Shown one piece after another: positions 27,042 to 32,000 of a stretch of DNA of 32,000 nt. Within the stretch, counting starts at the first letter, position 1, and each line of letters starts with the position of its first letter. This DNA comes from Opitutales bacterium. Lineage in GTDB: Bacteria > Verrucomicrobiota > Verrucomicrobiia > Opitutales > PNEW01. Below the pieces are notes generated by a model. It did no database searches and was not told where the DNA came from. It was given only the letters and a program-made list of their open reading frames with translations. Location: assembly GCA_965219535.1 (NCBI GenBank), contig CBDCNV010000001.1:1890001-1922000 (forward strand). Direction: 5' to 3'. The position numbers were made by a program, and so were the translations under genes.

Positions 27042-27068
27042 ATTGGTACGAAAAACGAGGTCCGATCA
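27036..27068 (+). repeat. IS right terminal inverted repeat (IRR)
   Basis: Its reverse complement, TGATCGGACCTCGTTTTTCGTACCAATTTAAGT, matches IRL imperfectly. It ends in ...GATCA, 21 nt before the obg stop codon. Confidence 0.5.
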
Positions 27069-27089
27069 ACAAGATTAGCGCGCTTAAGA

Positions 27090-28103
<1,014 letters not shown>

Positions 28104-28202
28104 TTATCTATTTAACAGGTCTAAACTCATGACATTCGGGTAACACGGTGTCCAACGTGGTTAATAAATATTAAATATGATAAATCTTTACAAATGACAC
28201 AC

Positions 28203-28227
28203 AAAAAATATTTGGCTAAATAAGCCA
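28203..28227 (-). terminator. Weak terminator-like hairpin downstream of ahcY
   Basis: On the minus strand, TGGCT-tattt-AGCCA (28213-28227) is followed by AATATTTTTTG, about 155 nt after the ahcY stop. The stem is only 5 bp. Confidence 0.3.
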
Positions 28228-28381
28228 GATCTTCACGAACGTTTCATCTACAGGTCGTGCATTTAAAAAAAATTATGAATCACCCCGATAAGATTTTCCC
28301 GGCTGATAATAATTAGCTGTGGTCAGCTATCGCGAGTGAAGAGAGTCCAGATGATCTCTCTACAAAAATATTTCGTCTTAA

Positions 28382-29806
28382 TTAATACCTATAGTGAGAG
28401 GGTTTGTACGGCCCCTCAATGGGAACACCAATGTATTCAGCCTGTTCTATAGACAATTTTGTTAGCTTGGCCCCAATTTTATCCAAATGGAGACGGGCAA
28501 CTTCCTCATCGAGATGCTTAGGTAAAATATAAACCCCTGGAGCATAATTTTCCACGCCCTTCCATAAATCAATTTGTGCAAGGACTTGGTTTGCGAATGA
28601 ATTAGACATGACAAAGGATGGGTGCCCTGTAGCACAACCCAAATTTACTAATCTTCCTTCGGCGAGAAGGAAAATTGCATTGCCGCTGGGGAAAGTGAAT
28701 CGGTCAACCTGAGGTTTTATATTATCCTTTTTAATTCCCGGGAAGTTCACCAGCTTACTGATCTGAATCTCAGTATCAAAATGGCCGATATTGCAGACAA
28801 TTGCCTGGTCTTTCATTTTAGACATTTGCTCAGCGGTGATAATATCGAAATTACCTGTTGTCGTGACATAGATATCCCCCCACCCAAGAGTATCTTCAAC
28901 CGTAGATACCTTATAGCCTTCCATCGCTGCTTGGAGAGCGCAAATAGGATCTATTTCCGTAACGACAACTTGAGCCCCCATCGACTTAAGCGCTTTTGCA
29001 CAACCTTTCCCGACATCGCCATATCCACACACGACACCCACTTTACCCGAAATCATAACATCGGTAGCCCGTTTAATACCGTCCAATAACGATTCACGAC
29101 AACCATACAGGTTATCAAATTTAGATTTTGTAACCGAATCATTAACATTGATAGCCGGCACTAATAGCGTGCCTTTTTCATACATTTGATAAAGTCGTTT
29201 TACGCCAGTCGTCGTTTCCTCTGAAACACCTTTCCAATCTTTTACTACATTCTTCCAGTGACTGGAATTTTCCGCATAAATTCTTTTTAAAAGGTTCTTA
29301 ATAACTGTCTCTTCATCACTACTGGATGGCTCATGGACCCATTTACTATTATTTTCGAGTTCATATCCCCGATGAATAAGTAAAGTGGCGTCTCCCCCAT
29401 CATCAACGATAAGATTGGGCCCTTTCCCGTCCGGCCAGGTGAGCGCTTTATATGTGCAGTCCCAGTATTCTTCCAGACTTTCTCCCTTCCACGCAAATAC
29501 CGGAGTGCCACTTACCGCAATTGCCGCTGCGGCATGATCCTGTGTAGAAAATATATTACAGCTGGCCCAGCGCAAGTCTGCTCCCAGCTCTTTAAGTGTT
29601 TCTATGAGAATAGCTGTCTGGATCGTCATGTGAAGGGACCCGCTGATACGCACTCCGGAGAGTGGTTTTTCTTTCGCATATTTCTCACGTATTGCCACAA
29701 GGCCCGGCATCTCCTTTTCAGCTATTTCTATTTCTTTTCGCCCCCAACCGGCCAAGCTGATATCTTTAACCTTATAATTTTCTTCGACTACTGTTTGCGT
29801 ACTCAT
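28382..29806 (-). CDS. ahcY: Adenosylhomocysteinase
   Basis: 474-aa ORF. NAD-binding [17 protein letters not shown] and [12 protein letters not shown] motifs. Starts 18 nt after the metK stop. Confidence 0.96.
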   Translation of the reverse strand: MSTQTVVEENYKVKDISLAGWGRKEIEIAEKEMPGLVAIREKYAKEKPLSGVRISGSLHMTIQTAILIETLKELGADLRWASCNIFSTQDHAAAAIAVSGTPVFAWKGESLEEYWDCTYKALTWPDGKGPNLIVDDGGDATLLIHRGYELENNSKWVHEPSSSDEETVIKNLLKRIYAENSSHWKNVVKDWKGVSEETTTGVKRLYQMYEKGTLLVPAINVNDSVTKSKFDNLYGCRESLLDGIKRATDVMISGKVGVVCGYGDVGKGCAKALKSMGAQVVVTEIDPICALQAAMEGYKVSTVEDTLGWGDIYVTTTGNFDIITAEQMSKMKDQAIVCNIGHFDTEIQISKLVNFPGIKKDNIKPQVDRFTFPSGNAIFLLAEGRLVNLGCATGHPSFVMSNSFANQVLAQIDLWKGVENYAPGVYILPKHLDEEVARLHLDKIGAKLTKLSIEQAEYIGVPIEGPYKPSHYRY

Positions 29807-29824
29807 AATGAATTATGCCTTATA

Positions 29825-30991
29825 TTATTTTATAACTTTGATCAATTCTTTAGCTTTTCCTGTGTCTTCCCAAGGTAATCCTCTTTTAGCAAAATGCCCG
29901 TAATTCGTTGTTTTTCGATAGATAGGATGAAGTAGATTAAGTTGCACAATAATATCTGCAGGTTTAAAACTAAATACCTTTTTAACCGCAGAAGCTATCG
30001 AATTATCAGCCAGTTTCCCTGTTCCGAAAGTATCGACATGGATGCTGGTCGGGAGAGGATGGCCAATTGCATAGGCAACTTGAATCTCTACCGCTGAAGC
30101 GAGACCCGCCGCCACGACATTTTTTGCCACCCACCGAGTCATATAGGCTGCAGATCGGTCCACCTTCGTAGGATCCTTGCCCGAAAAAGCACCACCGCCA
30201 TGACGTGCCCAACCACCATAAGTATCTGTGATGATCTTACGTCCCGTTAAGCCGGCATCTCCCTGCGGACCTCCAATGACGAATTTACCTGTGGGGTTAA
30301 TAAGAAATTCGGTTTTTTTAGACAATAGATTCTTCGGTAATACTTTTTTAATGATTTTCTCGATACAAAATTTTTCAATTTCACGGTGAGCCATCTCCGC
30401 TACGTGCTGGGTAGAAATCACTACATTTCTGATCGACACGGGTTTTCCATCTGAATACTCAACTGCCACTTGAGATTTACAATCTGGCCTTAACCATCTC
30501 CCATTCTTGCCATTTCTCTCTACCGCTATACGGCGATTTAAACGGTGCGCAAACATTATCGGGGCAGGCATTTTTTCTGAGGTATCGTTACATGCAAAGC
30601 CAAACATGATCCCCTGATCGCCCGCTCCCTGTTGAGCTGTTTTTTTACCCGTGGCTCGCTTTGCATCCACTCCTTGTGAGATATCTGCTGACTGTGAAGT
30701 GAGATAGTTTGAAATAAAAACCTTATCGGCATGAAAACTGTCATCATCATTAGTATAACCTATTTCACGAATCGCCCGGCGAACGACTTTTTCATAATCG
30801 AATTTTGCCTTAGTGGAAATCTCACCAGCCAGGACGACACAGTTACTCTTAACTAAGGTTTCACAGGCGACTCTACTTTTCCTATCCCCGGTGAGACAAG
30901 CATCAAGGATGCTATCTGAAATATAGTCGGCAACTTTATCAGGATGGCCTTCACCAACAGATTCTGAAGAAAATATAAATGATTCGGGCAT
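29825..30991 (-). CDS. metK: S-adenosylmethionine synthetase
   Basis: 388-aa ORF. Motifs [23 protein letters not shown] and [19 protein letters not shown]. Confidence 0.97.
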   Translation of the reverse strand: MPESFIFSSESVGEGHPDKVADYISDSILDACLTGDRKSRVACETLVKSNCVVLAGEISTKAKFDYEKVVRRAIREIGYTNDDDSFHADKVFISNYLTSQSADISQGVDAKRATGKKTAQQGAGDQGIMFGFACNDTSEKMPAPIMFAHRLNRRIAVERNGKNGRWLRPDCKSQVAVEYSDGKPVSIRNVVISTQHVAEMAHREIEKFCIEKIIKKVLPKNLLSKKTEFLINPTGKFVIGGPQGDAGLTGRKIITDTYGGWARHGGGAFSGKDPTKVDRSAAYMTRWVAKNVVAAGLASAVEIQVAYAIGHPLPTSIHVDTFGTGKLADNSIASAVKKVFSFKPADIIVQLNLLHPIYRKTTNYGHFAKRGLPWEDTGKAKELIKVIK

Positions 30992-31144
30992 TTAATATTT
31001 ATACGGTTTTTGTCCTTTGCAATGAGTTCTAAGCATAAGTTAGATACGCTAAATATCTGGATATGACTTTCATGCAAGTCAACGTGAAAACATTAGAGCA
31101 GTACCTATAAGTAACTAATTGTAAGTAAACTAACTTACCCAAGA

Positions 31145-32000
31145 TTAAAGACGGCTGACTAGTAGTTCTCGTTCATCGCTAAATTCATGTGGCACGCGGT
31201 CTGCGAGTTTAAGAAAAAATTCTTCATGTTGTAAGGATTGCATTTTAGCAATTTTAGGATCGAAATGCATCAGTTGATCCCATTGCTCTTCACTGTAGTC
31301 GAGCCCTCTCCAATCAATATCATTATAGTATGGGATCCATCCAAGCGGTGATTCTTCAGCTTCAATCTTGTCATTCGTGCGTTCTACAATCCATTTGAGC
31401 ACACGCATATTCTGGCCGTAACCTGGCCACATGAAATTCCCCTCCCCATCCTTCCTGAACCAGTTAACATGGAAAATAATAGGTTTCTCAGTGAATTTAT
31501 TCCCCATATTAATCCAGTGGTGGAAATAATCACCCATATGGTAACCGCAAAATGGAAGCATGGCCATCGGATCATTGCGGAGTTGTCCGACTTTACCTTC
31601 TGCCGCAGCTGTTTGCTCTGATCCCATCGTCGCCCCAACATACACCCCATTTGTCCAATTCAATGATTGATAAACGAGAGGAATATCGGACATTCGTCGT
31701 CCCCCAAAAATAAATGCGTCTATCGGGACCCCCTTTGGGTCTTCCCAAGCAGGATCAATCGTTGGGCATTGCCTCGCAGGCGCCGTAAATCGTGCATTCG
31801 GATGGGAGGCGGGGCGATCGCTGTCAGGAGTCCAGTCGTTGCCTTGCCAGTCAATAAGGTGGGACGGTGTATCTTCCGTCATCTCTTCCCACCACACATC
31901 TCCATCATCGGTCATAGCGACATTAGTAAAAATGGAATTCTCTTTAATAGAATCCATAGCATTGGGGTTAGTAGCATAAGATGTTCCAGGTGCTACCCCA
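31145..32000 (-). CDS. pckG: Phosphoenolpyruvate carboxykinase (GTP), C-terminal part; 5' end outside window
   Basis: Motifs [37 protein letters not shown] and VNWFRKD are typical of GTP-dependent PEPCK. The listed Met at 31957 is internal, and the frame stays open to the window edge. Confidence 0.9.
   Translation of the reverse strand, partial: GVAPGTSYATNPNAMDSIKENSIFTNVAMTDDGDVWWEEMTEDTPSHLIDWQGNDWTPDSDRPASHPNARFTAPARQCPTIDPAWEDPKGVPIDAFIFGGRRMSDIPLVYQSLNWTNGVYVGATMGSEQTAAAEGKVGQLRNDPMAMLPFCGYHMGDYFHHWINMGNKFTEKPIIFHVNWFRKDGEGNFMWPGYGQNMRVLKWIVERTNDKIEAEESPLGWIPYYNDIDWRGLDYSEEQWDQLMHFDPKIAKMQSLQHEEFFLKLADRVPHEFSDERELLVSRL

Larger units (their letters stand above)
25724..27068 (+). mobile_element. 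IS3-family insertion sequence (orfA / -1 frameshift / orfB), apparently inactivated
   Basis: 1345 bp bounded by imperfect TG...CA inverted repeats. It has an HTH orfA, an A_AAA_AAA slippery site and an rve/DDE orfB. It is noticeably GC-richer than its flanks: spot counts give 50-60% against a host background of about 40% by eye. No target-site duplication recognised. Confidence 0.8.

Overview
This is a dense 32-kb chromosomal segment from a low-GC, Gram-negative-type bacterium. GC is about 40% by eye, not computed. The Gram-negative call rests on a Pal lipoprotein and LepB. Host genes use TGA, TAA and TAG as stops, so the standard code applies. Gene content would fit a marine PVC/Verrucomicrobia-like heterotroph, but taxonomy cannot be established without a database search. 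I support 27 protein-coding genes plus one IS element. All calls come from motif recognition in the supplied translations; no searches were run.

Core genes:
- dapA-dapB
- an orphan pilT-like ATPase plus an unknown membrane protein
- fabD
- lepA-lepB
- malQ
- gap-pgk-tpiA
- a large cytoplasmic GH13 debranching-type enzyme
- mnmA
- obg
- metK-ahcY
- the 3' part of GTP-dependent PEPCK, which runs off the window
- an orphan NarL/LuxR-type response regulator
- Pal
- a CbiX-like protein
- a divergent NRAMP-like transporter

I saw no rRNA, tRNA, CRISPR array or obvious defence/toxin system.

Two non-core items stand out.

(1) 9727-14525, minus strand: a tightly packed five-gene cassette. It encodes a CrtI/amine-oxidase-like flavoprotein, a FabZ-type dehydratase, a FabI-type reductase, a KAS III homologue with OleA-like catalytic residues (E97/C123/H271/N301), and a haloalkane-dehalogenase/OleB-like alpha/beta hydrolase. 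It has no ACP, ketoreductase, OleC or OleD partner. This is my best candidate for an undescribed lipid/hydrocarbon pathway.

(2) 25724-27068: a visibly GC-richer IS3-family element wedged between the convergent mnmA and obg genes. Its A_AAA_AAA -1 frameshift site and DDE residues are intact. Each ORF has one in-frame TGA, and each TGA lies inside a short extra segment; the two segments share a related core sequence.
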